Shown here: piece after piece, positions 30,504 to 40,431 of the stretch
How the letters are laid out: every line of letters begins with the position of its first letter
How positions within the stretch are numbered: the stretch's first letter is position 1
IMG/VR virus record: IMGVR_UViG_3300027956_000006
Origin: a virus
Reading direction: 5' to 3' (one strand)
DNA: 64,000 nucleotides
Translations under genes and position numbers: made by a program
Notes under the pieces: generated by a model
The model's input: the letters and a program-made list of their open reading frames with translations, nothing else
The model's database searches: none
Told to the model about the DNA's origin: nothing

Positions 30504-30634
30504 CAGATACCTCTATTATTGTATCATCATTAATATTTTTATATTGATTATAAAATAAACAAATATTACATTTTACATCCCGATTTAAACAATCTGTTCT
30601 ATAACAAAAACCTATTCTATAATTACTTCGAGAT

Positions 30635-30862
30635 TTAGTCGTCATTCTTCACATCTCCTGCTAAATTAACACATGTTATTAACTGAATTGATTTATCTAC
30701 ATCAAAATGAAAAGTACAGTTCGAAACTTTTATAGCATCCTTATCTTTTTCATTCAAAATAATAACTGTACCTGGATAAAAATGAACTCCACAAATAGTA
30801 CCACGACCTCTAAGAATGTTCCAGCAAGCTAAAAATCTCAATTTAAGTGTATAAAAAATCAT
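30635..30862 (-). CDS. Hypothetical protein
   Basis: ORF with AAGGAG RBS. Confidence 0.55.
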   Translation of the reverse strand: MIFYTLKLRFLACWNILRGRGTICGVHFYPGTVIILNEKDKDAIKVSNCTFHFDVDKSIQLITCVNLAGDVKNDD

Positions 30863-30923
30863 GCTATCTCCTTTTTATACTAAAATTACACAATATTATA
30901 TAAAAAAGTTCATACTTATTATT

Positions 30924-31406
30924 TTAATGCTTATAATCTTTATTAGTCAAACAATGCTCTAAATACATTATCGGATCACTACTAATCACCATTTCTTGCA
31001 ATCGATATTTATATTCCAATATAGTAAAACAAGCACGTTCATAACTCTCTAAATTAGCTAAAGCTTCTTTTTTTGTCATCCCTGCTTGTAAACAACGTTT
31101 TTCATATTGTTCATATGTTGTACCATTTTTAAAACGACGTTTTGAACCCCAAAAAGCAAGTGCAAATGCATGCGAAAATATGATCTTTTCTTTATTCCTT
31201 TCCCATATACGTTCTATAAGTGCTAAAAATTGTTTTTTATTGAATTTTCTATTATTTTTACCATTTTTATAAGATAAAAATAAAGGTAAAAAAGATAAAT
31301 GTTCTTTAAAACCATTTTTTTCAGCTATTTTTATCACTTTTGCTAAAATTGATGCATTTTTCAATTCATTTTTATCTCTTTTTTGTGGTAAAATCATTTT
31401 TTTCAT
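30924..31406 (-). CDS. Hypothetical phage protein
   Basis: GGAG RBS; IIFSHAFALAFWG...LQEMVISSDPIMYL. Confidence 0.6.
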   Translation of the reverse strand: MKKMILPQKRDKNELKNASILAKVIKIAEKNGFKEHLSFLPLFLSYKNGKNNRKFNKKQFLALIERIWERNKEKIIFSHAFALAFWGSKRRFKNGTTYEQYEKRCLQAGMTKKEALANLESYERACFTILEYKYRLQEMVISSDPIMYLEHCLTNKDYKH

Positions 31407-31434
31407 ATTTCTCCATAATTTTATTATATTTTTA

Positions 31435-32112
31435 TTAATATTTAAAATTTTCCCATGGAGTTTTACTATATCTTTGCCAAATTAACGCGTCTAACTCCGC
31501 AGAAGACAATTTATTCTGTTTTGCAATATCTTGAAATATCATTTCCATTTCTAAATAATGTTTATTTGTTCTTGGAGTACCGAAAGTTATTACCCAATCA
31601 CCGCCTTGTGTCTCAAAAAACTGTTTTCCATCATTTGGAGTTAATGTATTTAAGAATTTAATAATGTGAGTATCAATTATGGCAAGATCTTTATCACCTA
31701 AATTACGCATAAAATGCGATGCTGTCTTCATACCTAAGCCTTTAACATTTTTTACTAACCATTCACGTAATTTTTGAGAAGATAACAATTCTTCATAATC
31801 TTCCCATTTATAAATTTGATAAAGTATGTCTTGAAACTTACTTTTACCTTCTAATAAATATTTAGCTTTATTTCTATAAAACCTAACAGGTTTACAAATT
31901 TCTTCCAATTCAGATTTGGCTATATCTATATAATAAAATTCCTTATCAATTAAAATATCAATTACTTTGCGATTATTAATAAATTTTGTTTGTGGAGCGC
32001 AGATACAGAAGCAAAGGTCATAAAAAACCTCTTCCACATTTTTTTTACGACCAAAATGTTTAAAAGTTTCTTTTAACCCTTGCTTCTCTTTATCTGTAAT
32101 TACTAAAAGCAT
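31435..32112 (-). CDS. ogg: 8-oxoguanine DNA glycosylase/AP lyase (OGG2-type, HhH-GPD)
   Basis: LCFCI, VRFYRNKAKY, REWLVKNVKGLGMKTASHFMRNLG, AIIDTH, ELDALIW. Confidence 0.85.
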   Translation of the reverse strand: MLLVITDKEKQGLKETFKHFGRKKNVEEVFYDLCFCICAPQTKFINNRKVIDILIDKEFYYIDIAKSELEEICKPVRFYRNKAKYLLEGKSKFQDILYQIYKWEDYEELLSSQKLREWLVKNVKGLGMKTASHFMRNLGDKDLAIIDTHIIKFLNTLTPNDGKQFFETQGGDWVITFGTPRTNKHYLEMEMIFQDIAKQNKLSSAELDALIWQRYSKTPWENFKY

Positions 32113-32496
32113 TATTAATCTTTCATAAAATTCTTATATTTCGAACAAACTTTATGAGTTGCACTAACACGTTTTATAACAGGAGCTGCATTACAAATAT
32201 AATGTTCTGGATCGTTTTCATATTGAACTCTGCTACCACATGTACCACATGTTTTCTTCATACTACCCCCTTGTTTATATACTAAATAATTTTAGTATAT
32301 TAATTATTTTATAAATATTTTATCCCAATATCTCTCTATCTTTAGCTGTAAAAGGTAAATCAAAAATTTTATTACATACATAACAATGTATTTTCTTATA
32401 ATATCGATAATCTTGATAATAAACTTTTAATACAATCGTAAAATCACCACCACATTCAGGGCAATCAAAAACATTATAACGTTCGTCATACATTAA

Positions 32497-33159
32497 TTAA
32501 AGTGTCCATTTTACCTTCATCATAGCTTCAACTTGATCGCGTATTTGATGGAAATTAAGGTGTTCTTCTAAATACGGTTGTTGAGGCTCTAATTTATCTC
32601 TTTTTAAAGAACACCATGCCTCAATACCAATTCTACCATATTGATTAAAGATATTATACACTAAAGGTAGCTCTTTGTCTTCAACTAATTCACAATCTGC
32701 AGTTGCCCAAGCAAAAACATCATTGCATACAACACAAAATTGAATCCCGATAAATTCTTCATTAATATTATTATTTTTAAAGTTAGACCCCCAAAAAGCT
32801 ACATCATGATATAATAATTCTGCTTGCATTTTATGTATATTTTTTAATCGATCAGCAGCTTTTAACTCTTCGATAACTTTTTGTAAATAATCTATTATCG
32901 CAGTATCAATATCTGCATCTAACAAATTATCTGTCTTAACCACAAATTCTCTTGGTAATTGTTTTTGTAAATGAAGTAATAAATCCAACCTTTTAGTAAC
33001 ACAACTAATATGGTGATACTGAGCAACACCTGGTTGATCAACATGACAAAACATTAATGGCCATTCACTAGGATTGCCAGCAATGCTATTCGTGTTTTTT
33101 CCACAATAGTAGCAGACACCATCTTCTAATGATGTACATGTTTCATCTGGATTATTCAT
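32497..33159 (-). CDS. Hypothetical protein
   Basis: 220-aa ORF, RBS, CYYC motif. Confidence 0.6.
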   Translation of the reverse strand: MNNPDETCTSLEDGVCYYCGKNTNSIAGNPSEWPLMFCHVDQPGVAQYHHISCVTKRLDLLLHLQKQLPREFVVKTDNLLDADIDTAIIDYLQKVIEELKAADRLKNIHKMQAELLYHDVAFWGSNFKNNNINEEFIGIQFCVVCNDVFAWATADCELVEDKELPLVYNIFNQYGRIGIEAWCSLKRDKLEPQQPYLEEHLNFHQIRDQVEAMMKVKWTL

Positions 33160-33435
33160 TTATATTTCTCTCCTTTCTATTTCTCTTAACCCAAAAGGGT
33201 CTTTATTATCTTCAACATACTTTATAAATGTCTTTTTGATATTAATTTGTGTTCCCCAAACAGCTAAATGACATCTACCACATTCTAATAATTTTCTATT
33301 TTCTAATGGTGGGAAATTACTTTCATACAAATGCTCTGTTTCATTAATTTCTTCCATACATATTGGGCAACGTGCTTGATATGTACAATCAAATGTTAAT
33401 GCTGAAACTTCCCTTGGCTTTTGTTTAAAAAACAT
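33160..33435 (-). CDS. Zn-finger hypothetical protein
   Basis: CPIC...CGRC. Confidence 0.55.
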   Translation of the reverse strand: MFFKQKPREVSALTFDCTYQARCPICMEEINETEHLYESNFPPLENRKLLECGRCHLAVWGTQINIKKTFIKYVEDNKDPFGLREIERREI

Positions 33436-33749
33436 TATATCACCCCTTGTTTTAAATCTTTTAATGTCTCCAACAAATTCTCATAAGGTTCTTTTTCTGT
33501 GAGCATATTATCTAAATCATCTTCACCATAATTATTCTCAATTTCTTCAATTTGATCTTCTGTATCATATATTGCGTCATCTAATGCCTCTATTATATTC
33601 TTAGATTTTAATATATTATTAAATAAAATTATTTCACGATCTAAAGATTCCCAATTATTATTACCGAGCATAGAAAATTCCTTAATACTTTGTCTCGTCT
33701 TAACTAATTCTTTCAATTCTTTTTCTATCGCTTGTTTTAGTTTTTTCAT
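33435..33749 (-). CDS. Hypothetical acidic protein
   Basis: AAGGAG RBS. Confidence 0.6.
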   Translation of the reverse strand: MKKLKQAIEKELKELVKTRQSIKEFSMLGNNNWESLDREIILFNNILKSKNIIEALDDAIYDTEDQIEEIENNYGEDDLDNMLTEKEPYENLLETLKDLKQGVI

Positions 33750-33768
33750 TTTTCTCCTTTATCAATAA

Positions 33769-33872
33769 TGCGCCAGCACGAGCATGCAATTTGCCGAGGT
33801 ATCGAACCACACGGACTCTGCCATCTTATATTTCTATCTATAAGAACAAATCAGGTTGCTAACCATGGCGCA
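33769..33872 (-). ncRNA. tRNA-like structured element 1
   Basis: Terminal stem TGCGCCA/TGGCGCA, GGTT-AGC-AACC hairpin, internal GGTTCGATACC T-loop-like motif; intergenic. Confidence 0.5.
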
Positions 33873-33877
33873 CTATT

Positions 33878-34435
33878 TTAACCTAATTCTTGTTGTAACT
33901 CACATTGTTTTCTTCTGCAAATCTCATCAAAAGCACCAAAAATTACTTCTAACCAAGGATTTAATTTCTTTATTATCGGGATATATTCATAATCTCTCCC
34001 TTGTGGTAAATGATCATAAGCATAAACTATATATCTCTCTTCACATTCATCAACGTATTCTAATAAATTTTCCAAATATTCTCTTTCATCAGTCTCTAAT
34101 TCGTCCTCATCAATATTATCGTGCCTTAGTCTGTTTTCAATTTCTAATCTTGTAGCTTTAGGGTCATAATCACTAAACTTTTGTGTTGATGCTATTGAAA
34201 GTTTTTCACACCAATATGAATCACTAACAAATCCATCAGGAGAAGGGTGAAATTCTCTACAAAATATCCAATTACCATAATCACCAGTAACAGCTAATAC
34301 CCCTTTTGCATTAATAAATATTATAGAACCACATCTTGTGTCAGGTTTTTTAAACTCAGTAATCAATACATCCTGATACCGAGTTTCTATAATTATGTAT
34401 TGATCAAAATTTACATCCGTCCTATGTTCTCTCAT
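33878..34435 (-). CDS. Hypothetical phage protein
   Basis: LAVTGDYGNWIF...YWCEKL. Confidence 0.65.
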   Translation of the reverse strand: MREHRTDVNFDQYIIIETRYQDVLITEFKKPDTRCGSIIFINAKGVLAVTGDYGNWIFCREFHPSPDGFVSDSYWCEKLSIASTQKFSDYDPKATRLEIENRLRHDNIDEDELETDEREYLENLLEYVDECEERYIVYAYDHLPQGRDYEYIPIIKKLNPWLEVIFGAFDEICRRKQCELQQELG

Positions 34436-34542
34436 TTTTATCCTTTCCTACTCTATCACATATTTTAACCAATAATGCTATCAATACACTAAATAATATT
34501 ATAACACAAACAAGAATGGAAGAAAAAAATATAGTTATATTT

Positions 34543-34851
34543 TCACTTAATTTTTGATAATTTATTTTTTTGTGCATTTAAAATAGCCTCAGTAATTTTA
34601 TTAGACATTTTAGAATCATACATCATTTTTAATTTATTTTCACCAACTTCTATAAATTTATCAAATTCTTTTCGAATTTCATCTTTACTCAAAATACAAT
34701 CCCGTTTAATTAATTTACCATCTATTACTGCGAACCCTAATTTCAAAAATACATTAAATGCTTTAATCAATGCTTGTTCATGAGTCCCACAATCTATGGC
34801 TTTAATACATCCATACTGATATAAAATTTCTATTGCCTCTTCCAGTTTCAT
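34543..34851 (-). CDS. Hypothetical protein
   Basis: ORF with RBS, coupled to upstream gene. Confidence 0.55.
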   Translation of the reverse strand: MKLEEAIEILYQYGCIKAIDCGTHEQALIKAFNVFLKLGFAVIDGKLIKRDCILSKDEIRKEFDKFIEVGENKLKMMYDSKMSNKITEAILNAQKNKLSKIK

Positions 34852-35111
34852 CTTCTCCCTTTCTTATTTCGTAATATTTCTGTTGAATCAAAATAATTTT
34901 CATCCCGTATAAGGTTTTTAGGTATATCATCCGGTAAAATTATTACTTTATCAGTAACAATATCTGAATAAAAAATAAGATTCTGTGCACACACTCTTAT
35001 ACCTTTTTTAAACTTAATTCTCACCTTACCATAAATGGAAATATTATATAGTACTTGACTTCCTATAAAAACATGAAAACACACTTTTAATTTATCTAAT
35101 AAATTCATCAA
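34848..35111 (-). CDS. Hypothetical protein
   Basis: GGGGAG RBS. Confidence 0.5.
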   Translation of the reverse strand: MMNLLDKLKVCFHVFIGSQVLYNISIYGKVRIKFKKGIRVCAQNLIFYSDIVTDKVIILPDDIPKNLIRDENYFDSTEILRNKKGRR

Positions 35112-35426
35112 TACTCCCCCTAATCTATATTTAACATAAAACCTATTATCATAATAGGAATAAAAATAATTAATGGGTTAATAAAAGAAAATTGATAACA
35201 CATTAACCAACCAATCATAAATCCTACTCCAACCATATATAATACTGTTCCAATAACATGTTTCACATTTAACATTAATGCTCTCTCTTATATTTTATTT
35301 CAATTCTAATTGTTAAATATTTATTACTTATTTATTACTTATTTCAGTTTTAAATATAATTTATTATATCATAATTTATTATATCATAATTTGTTCCGCA
35401 TTGAAAATCATCTCTCCTTACCAATT

Positions 35427-35669
35427 CTATTCTCTTACAAAAACTATATTATGTGTAACATCTCTATCACCAGAATCAGTCCTAGATCCAATTTTATCAT
35501 ACAAATATCCGCCTTCTACCTTTAATCTAAATGTATTTTCAGCAATCATTTCCCAATCAGAAGTTTCTATAGTCTCTGGGTTAATCTTTTCACATTTAGC
35601 GCATTGCCATTTATCCCTAAAATAACCTATATTTACTATAGTTGATTTACAACATTTTGAAATTTTCAT
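35427..35669 (-). CDS. Hypothetical protein
   Basis: GGAG RBS; TFRLKVEGGYL. Confidence 0.55.
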   Translation of the reverse strand: MKISKCCKSTIVNIGYFRDKWQCAKCEKINPETIETSDWEMIAENTFRLKVEGGYLYDKIGSRTDSGDRDVTHNIVFVRE

Positions 35670-35731
35670 TTACTCCATCCCTTCCCATTAAAGTACCTTA
35701 GCTGCACAATTTTCTATTAACTAATGGATAG

Positions 35732-36001
35732 TTAAGTTGCGACTAAATTTGAACATGTTCCTGTTGACAAATTTAAAACTTTAATATCTTCTAATTTTAT
35801 CTCATGAACAAATATATCATCTTCATCACGCATAATAAAAACTAACCCCCAATCACTTGATTTTGCATTACCCCCAATATTAGTATGATCCCATTTTTTT
35901 ATTGTTATCACATAATTAGAATTAATCACTCTATCTTTTACAAGATACATATATTTTACTTTTTCATTAATATTAGTTTCTACTAAAGTTGTGTCAAACA
36001 T
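35732..36001 (-). CDS. Hypothetical protein
   Basis: GGGGAG RBS. Confidence 0.5.
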   Translation of the reverse strand: MFDTTLVETNINEKVKYMYLVKDRVINSNYVITIKKWDHTNIGGNAKSSDWGLVFIMRDEDDIFVHEIKLEDIKVLNLSTGTCSNLVAT

Positions 36002-36002
36002 T

Positions 36003-36416
36003 CTACTCCCCCTTTGTTAATAGTGCGTGGATTGCTGGAAACACATCTACACTGTTTACATCTGCCGTATATTTACATCTATAGCCGCAATATTCTTTTA
36101 TTCTCACCGTTGTGTAATAATCCTGGATATCGACAGCTGTTATTATTGCTCTTACAAAAATCACATCTCCGATTTTGAGTTTTTCTAAAGGGACTCTATC
36201 GTAATGTTCTGACGGATGATGATAGTTTTTTTTACATAAATCACAGTCTTCGATTGTCGGCACCTTTCCCCACCCTAACGCTCTGAGCTTGGTTTCGTTG
36301 ACTTCTTCTAACTTGCAATCTCCAAGTGCATGATTATACCCTTTATCATATTCACAATACTGACCTCGTTCAACTTTTCTTGCTTCAGGCACATCCACAA
36401 TCTCAGATAGTTTCAT
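36003..36416 (-). CDS. MKLS-family paralog 1
   Basis: Shares MKLS...VNETKLRxxGW.KVP and IHAL..xGE with 37351..37737. Confidence 0.65.
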   Translation of the reverse strand: MKLSEIVDVPEARKVERGQYCEYDKGYNHALGDCKLEEVNETKLRALGWGKVPTIEDCDLCKKNYHHPSEHYDRVPLEKLKIGDVIFVRAIITAVDIQDYYTTVRIKEYCGYRCKYTADVNSVDVFPAIHALLTKGE

Positions 36417-36470
36417 TTTATTATTCCTTTCTTAACAGGATGAGCACAAGCATTACAAGCCGAACACAGT

Positions 36471-36662
36471 TTATCTCTTAGTATGTCTTCGCTCGGCACC
36501 TTCCCCCCACCCTAACGCTCGGAGTTTGGTTTCGTTGACGGGGAGATTAGAGACTTTTAATATTGCATCATTAAAGCCTCGATTGTAATGTTTTGTTGGG
36601 CAAGCCTGAGTTTCAGACTCAAATTTTCCAACAGGCATATTCACTAAATCAGATAGTTTCAT
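36471..36662 (-). CDS. MKLS-family paralog 2 (frameshifted in a G6 tract)
   Basis: About 145 bp nearly identical to 37595-37740; extra G at 36503-36508 shifts frame before KVP. Confidence 0.55.
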   Translation of the reverse strand: MKLSDLVNMPVGKFESETQACPTKHYNRGFNDAILKVSNLPVNETKLRALGWGEGAERRHTKR

Positions 36663-36764
36663 TTTATCCTTCCTTTCTCATCACTTCAATCAACTCTGGA
36701 ACATAGACTAAACAGAATACTATGATACTTAAATCTCTTAAACATGAGATAAACAGTAAAATGT

Positions 36765-36986
36765 TCATTCTGTCCTCCTCAACTCTTTGATTACATCTTT
36801 TACAAACGCATCGTAAAACTCGCCGTTCCCTTTCATCCCCTCCACCCGCTTGACTGCAAGGGAGATGATTTTATCTGCGTTTTCTTTAACATCATTTTGA
36901 GAAGAAACACACAAATCTTTAAACTCAGTTTCGTATATTGCTTTACTTAGTGATTCAATCACCTCATCCCTAAACGTCTTTGTCAT
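36765..36986 (-). CDS. Hypothetical protein
   Basis: AAGCGAGGTGCTGAATG leader, identical to that of 38321..38731. Confidence 0.6.
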   Translation of the reverse strand: MTKTFRDEVIESLSKAIYETEFKDLCVSSQNDVKENADKIISLAVKRVEGMKGNGEFYDAFVKDVIKELRRTE

Positions 36987-37145
36987 TCAGCACCTCGCTT
37001 TTATTATTTCTCTTACTAAATCTAACTAGGAATGAATATCTTCTGTTTATTCTTTTTGTTACACTCTGGACAAGGGCGGCACTCTTCTTCAATAAAATGG
37101 CATTCCGTAACTTCAATTGAATAATATCCTTTGTCACCACACCTT

Positions 37146-37385
37146 TTACACTTCTTCATCGGTGAGTGTCCTTTCTGTAAATAAAGAATCCGTTATGAAA
37201 CCACAACTTATCAATCTTAGGCTTAATTCTTTTTTCACTTCACCAAACTCCCATGCTCCTTTTTGAGTGAAGCACCCATCATAATCATCGCCCTGAGCAG
37301 AGCATATAACTTCTTCCACTAACTCTTGGTTGGATAATTCTTTAAGATGTTTAAGATATTCTTTTTGATATTCTAACTCTTTCAT
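37146..37385 (-). CDS. Hypothetical protein
   Basis: AAGGAG RBS. Confidence 0.55.
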   Translation of the reverse strand: MKELEYQKEYLKHLKELSNQELVEEVICSAQGDDYDGCFTQKGAWEFGEVKKELSLRLISCGFITDSLFTERTLTDEEV

Positions 37386-37737
37386 CTCCTTCCCCCCTCT
37401 CCATTAGTGCGTGGATGAAACTTGCTATCGCTTCACAATCTGGCTCTGTTAACATAGCTTGTACATGGAATTCTTCACAATCCGGTTCTGTAAGTATAGC
37501 TTGTACATGAATTACTTCGCTCAGATGAAACTTACACTTCAATAACATCCTTTTTATATCAGCTTGGCTCGGCACCTTACACCACCCCTGCTTTCGGAGT
37601 TTGGTTTCGTTGACGGGGAGATTAGAGACTTTTAATACTGCATCATTAAAACCTCGATTGTAATGTTTTGTTGGGCAAGCCTGAGTTTCAGACTCAAATT
37701 TTCCAACAGGCATATTCACTAAATTAGATAGCTTCAT
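37351..37737 (-). CDS. MKLS-family paralog 3
   Basis: Near-identical 5' half to paralog 2; internal duplication HVQAxLTEPDCE. Confidence 0.65.
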   Translation of the reverse strand: MKLSNLVNMPVGKFESETQACPTKHYNRGFNDAVLKVSNLPVNETKLRKQGWCKVPSQADIKRMLLKCKFHLSEVIHVQAILTEPDCEEFHVQAMLTEPDCEAIASFIHALMERGEGDERVRISKRIS

Positions 37738-38077
37738 TTTAGCTCCTTTCTTATCACATCATCTAAGCTGGACTGGGTCATCTTAGGCTACTCCTTTTGT
37801 TAATTAAAAATAGTTAGTACCATTTAGTTGTTTTGCTTTTTCCCAATTATAATATACCCACATATAAAGTATTAAACTAATAAATAATAAAACCAAAAGA
37901 GTTAAAAATGAAAGAAACATAAATATAACTCTTTCTTTTGAACTGCCTATCCACCAAAAGAGCTTTACAAAAAGACAGAATCCTATAATTTCTGCTATTT
38001 TTAAACCAATAAATGTTAAGACTACCTTTAATCTGCGCTTTGTTATTTCTCTCATTTTATCAGTCCTTTCTGCGTTG

Positions 38078-38293
38078 TTATGGCGTAGGTAATTGTTTTT
38101 GCTTGTCAAATTCTTTTGTTAAATAATCGCAGTGTATTTTCAAAATGCTTATATTAGCACCAATACAAGTAACCACATCCATTAAATGCGAGGTTTTAGA
38201 ATTAGCTGTCTGCTTTAATAATTTCGATACTTCTGAAATACTCTTTCTTATTTTAGGATAATTTTTTAGTCCGTTCCAACTATGATTACTCAT
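38078..38293 (-). CDS. Hypothetical protein
   Basis: GGAGGGG RBS. Confidence 0.5.
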   Translation of the reverse strand: MSNHSWNGLKNYPKIRKSISEVSKLLKQTANSKTSHLMDVVTCIGANISILKIHCDYLTKEFDKQKQLPTP

Positions 38294-38320
38294 TCCCCCT
38301 CCAATCTGCCCGTAGGTTGG

Positions 38321-38731
38321 TTAGTAATTCCTAATTTCTTTTTCTTCTATAAAATCCTTTAAAATAACTTTTCCACACTTAGGGAACACGACAGGTAATT
38401 GCGGATACCACGCCTCACGATGAATAGTAAGATACTTTTTGGCAAAAATCCATCTTACAGGAAATTTTTGCTTCAACCATTTAGGAAATTTTTCCTCTTT
38501 GAATTGTTGCCACCATGTAGGGCACATTTTGAATACTGCAACATAAAGTTCTTTAGGTTCTTCTTCGGCTAAAATTTCAGTTTTTAATTTATAAACCAAT
38601 CCATTTATAACAACGCTTTCAATTTTCTCTATTGTCAAACTTTGCAATGAATGACCATCCAAAAACTTATCAGCTTCACAATGAACTCTTTTAAGTTCAA
38701 CGCTCATATACTCCCTCACATCATCTTTCAT
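38321..38731 (-). CDS. Hypothetical phage protein
   Basis: PTWWQQFKEEKFPKWLKQKFPV; GAGGTG RBS. Confidence 0.65.
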   Translation of the reverse strand: MKDDVREYMSVELKRVHCEADKFLDGHSLQSLTIEKIESVVINGLVYKLKTEILAEEEPKELYVAVFKMCPTWWQQFKEEKFPKWLKQKFPVRWIFAKKYLTIHREAWYPQLPVVFPKCGKVILKDFIEEKEIRNY

Positions 38732-38744
38732 TCAGCACCTCGCT

Positions 38745-38921
38745 TTAGATTTCTTCTATTGTGATGCGGACTTTAATAACAGATTCTCGGTACTCCATAC
38801 TTTTCTTAACCTTTCCAATGTCTGGCAAGCGTCCTGCATTATAAAAATGTGCTTTTATATATTTTAAATCACAACTGCCAATCCACCCCACCAAACTTTT
38901 CTTCCGCTTCTTATCCTTCAT
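38745..38921 (-). CDS. Small hypothetical protein (MKDKKRKKS...)
   Basis: Own translation, AAGGAG RBS; first 8 codons duplicated at 42148-42171. Confidence 0.55.
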   Translation of the reverse strand: MKDKKRKKSLVGWIGSCDLKYIKAHFYNAGRLPDIGKVKKSMEYRESVIKVRITIEEI

Positions 38922-38937
38922 GGCTCTCCTTTTTAAT

Positions 38938-39108
38938 CAGTGCGCCGGCAGGATTACGTTTGCATCGCCATATTATAGGTCGCCTGCAAAACTCCACTGT
39001 CTATCACAGTACCTGCGTAGGTTCATAGTCTCGGAATTTGTTTCTGTATGGTTATCCGCAAACTCCAAAGATAGTTATTACTGGTGTCCATACGCCACAA
39101 CCACCGCC
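38938..39108 (-). ncRNA. tRNA-like structured element 2 (expanded interior)
   Basis: 5' GGCGGTGGTTGTGGCGTA...3' AATCCTGCCGGCGCACTG, ends shared with element 4. Confidence 0.55.
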
Positions 39109-39116
39109 TTGATGGT

Positions 39117-39374
39117 TTAATAGCCGTAGCCGTTGCCGTTGCCGTCGCCGTAGCCGTAGCCGTAGCCGTTGCCGTCGCCGTAGCCGTAGCCGTAGCCGTA
39201 GCCGTTGCCGTCGCCGTAGCCGTTGCCGTCGCCGTAGCCGTAGCCGTAGCCGTAGCCGTAGCCGTCGCCGTCGCCGTCGCCGTTGCCGTTGCCGTCGCCG
39301 TAGCCGTTGCCGTAGCCGTAGCCGTTGCCGTTGCCTATAATACTATGAGCATCTTCTAAAGTTTTGTTTGCCAT
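39117..39374 (-). CDS. Glycine-rich G(Y/N/D) repeat protein
   Basis: Hexamer repeat GGC(T/A/G)AC; overlaps the upstream gene. Confidence 0.6.
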   Translation of the reverse strand: MANKTLEDAHSIIGNGNGYGYGNGYGDGNGNGDGDGDGYGYGYGYGYGDGNGYGDGNGYGYGYGYGDGNGYGYGYGDGNGNGYGY

Positions 39375-39694
39375 TTAGACACCTCACAGTCAAGAGTTAA
39401 TACAACGGTCATGTAATCAAATTCAACTACCCCATGACATTTATCCAATTTTGTTGTAGAAGTAACTCCGTCTTTAGCAAGTTCTCCCAAACCTTTTGTT
39501 GTACCCCATATTCTAATTACTGAGGCATTATACAATTTACATTGAGATCCTAACCTCGCAAACCTGCCAACAACAATCCAACCACGTTGTAACACTACAA
39601 TCTTTATATCACTGTTAATATCTTTTTCCTGTATTGTACTTTTTTGCACATATACTACCCCATTGATACTGACCTCTTTTTCTTGTATTTCCAT
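39356..39694 (-). CDS. Hypothetical phage protein
   Basis: IVVLQRGWIVVG...ASVIRIWGTTKGLGELA. Confidence 0.7.
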   Translation of the reverse strand: MEIQEKEVSINGVVYVQKSTIQEKDINSDIKIVVLQRGWIVVGRFARLGSQCKLYNASVIRIWGTTKGLGELAKDGVTSTTKLDKCHGVVEFDYMTVVLTLDCEVSKWQTKL

Positions 39695-39724
39695 TCTTCA
39701 CTTCCTTTCCGCCTTGATAGTTAA

Positions 39725-39898
39725 TTATTTTACCCAGATAACCCCAGATTCACCGAGCTTTTGTTGTTGATGGTATCCATTTTTTATAAACTGAGAATTC
39801 ATTTTGTAACTGTAAATCGACAAACAGAGAATCAACCCAATAGATATAATCATTATAACAACAGCCCAAATGATACATTCATTATCCCAATTATCCAT
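39725..39898 (-). CDS. Small membrane protein, copy A (57 aa)
   Basis: Own translation MDNWDNECIIWAVVIMII...GVIWVK; near-duplicate of 42561..42734. Confidence 0.65.
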   Translation of the reverse strand: MDNWDNECIIWAVVIMIISIGLILCLSIYSYKMNSQFIKNGYHQQQKLGESGVIWVK

Positions 39899-40056
39899 AT
39901 CTCCCTTTCCGCCTTATCGGCTTGGTTATTTGTTCTCAAGTTCTTTTATCTTATCTTCCACAACAATTACACCTTACACAAATTTCTCCATAACTCCACA
40001 TAACAGCATAACAATCTTTTACTACAGCTATACTCATCTCCCCTCCTCATTTAATC

Positions 40057-40191
40057 GGCGGTGATTGGCAGGATTTGACCTGCAGGACTTGTTTTATTTC
40101 CTTTACGGTTAATACGGCTCTACGATTTTAAGGACTTTATCAAGTCAACACCGTAACCGTTTGGCGTATTCAATACGCCTCAACCACCGCC
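40057..40191 (-). ncRNA. tRNA-like structured element 3
   Basis: 11-bp stem GGCGGTGGTTG/CAATCACCGCC, GGCGTATT/AATACGCC hairpin, GCAGG-TCAAAT-CCTGC T-arm-like hairpin. Confidence 0.65.
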
Positions 40192-40202
40192 TTGATTGTT
40201 AG

Positions 40203-40403
40203 TTACTTATCAATAACTATAACAAGGGTGGCATCAACAACTGAAGTTGTTTTCTTTACTTCTCCAGCCAACCGATAAGTAGACGCTTTACTAATTGCGT
40301 GCTTCAGATTCTTAGCTAATACATTGATTATTGTTGTATCATCTTCTGTTCCTGGTAAATAACCCGTCTTTTTAACTGCTATGGTACATTTATAAACATT
40401 CAT
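40203..40403 (-). CDS. Hypothetical protein
   Basis: AAAGGGAG RBS. Confidence 0.55.
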   Translation of the reverse strand: MNVYKCTIAVKKTGYLPGTEDDTTIINVLAKNLKHAISKASTYRLAGEVKKTTSVVDATLVIVIDK

Positions 40404-40431
40404 TTCTCCCTTTCCACCTTATCGGCTTTGG

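Noticed and set aside
39084-39359. Plus-strand poly(VA) ORF, and alternative-frame ORFs over the 40.6 kb and 54.7 kb repeats
   Set aside because: Shadows of repeat-coded genes on the locally coding strand.
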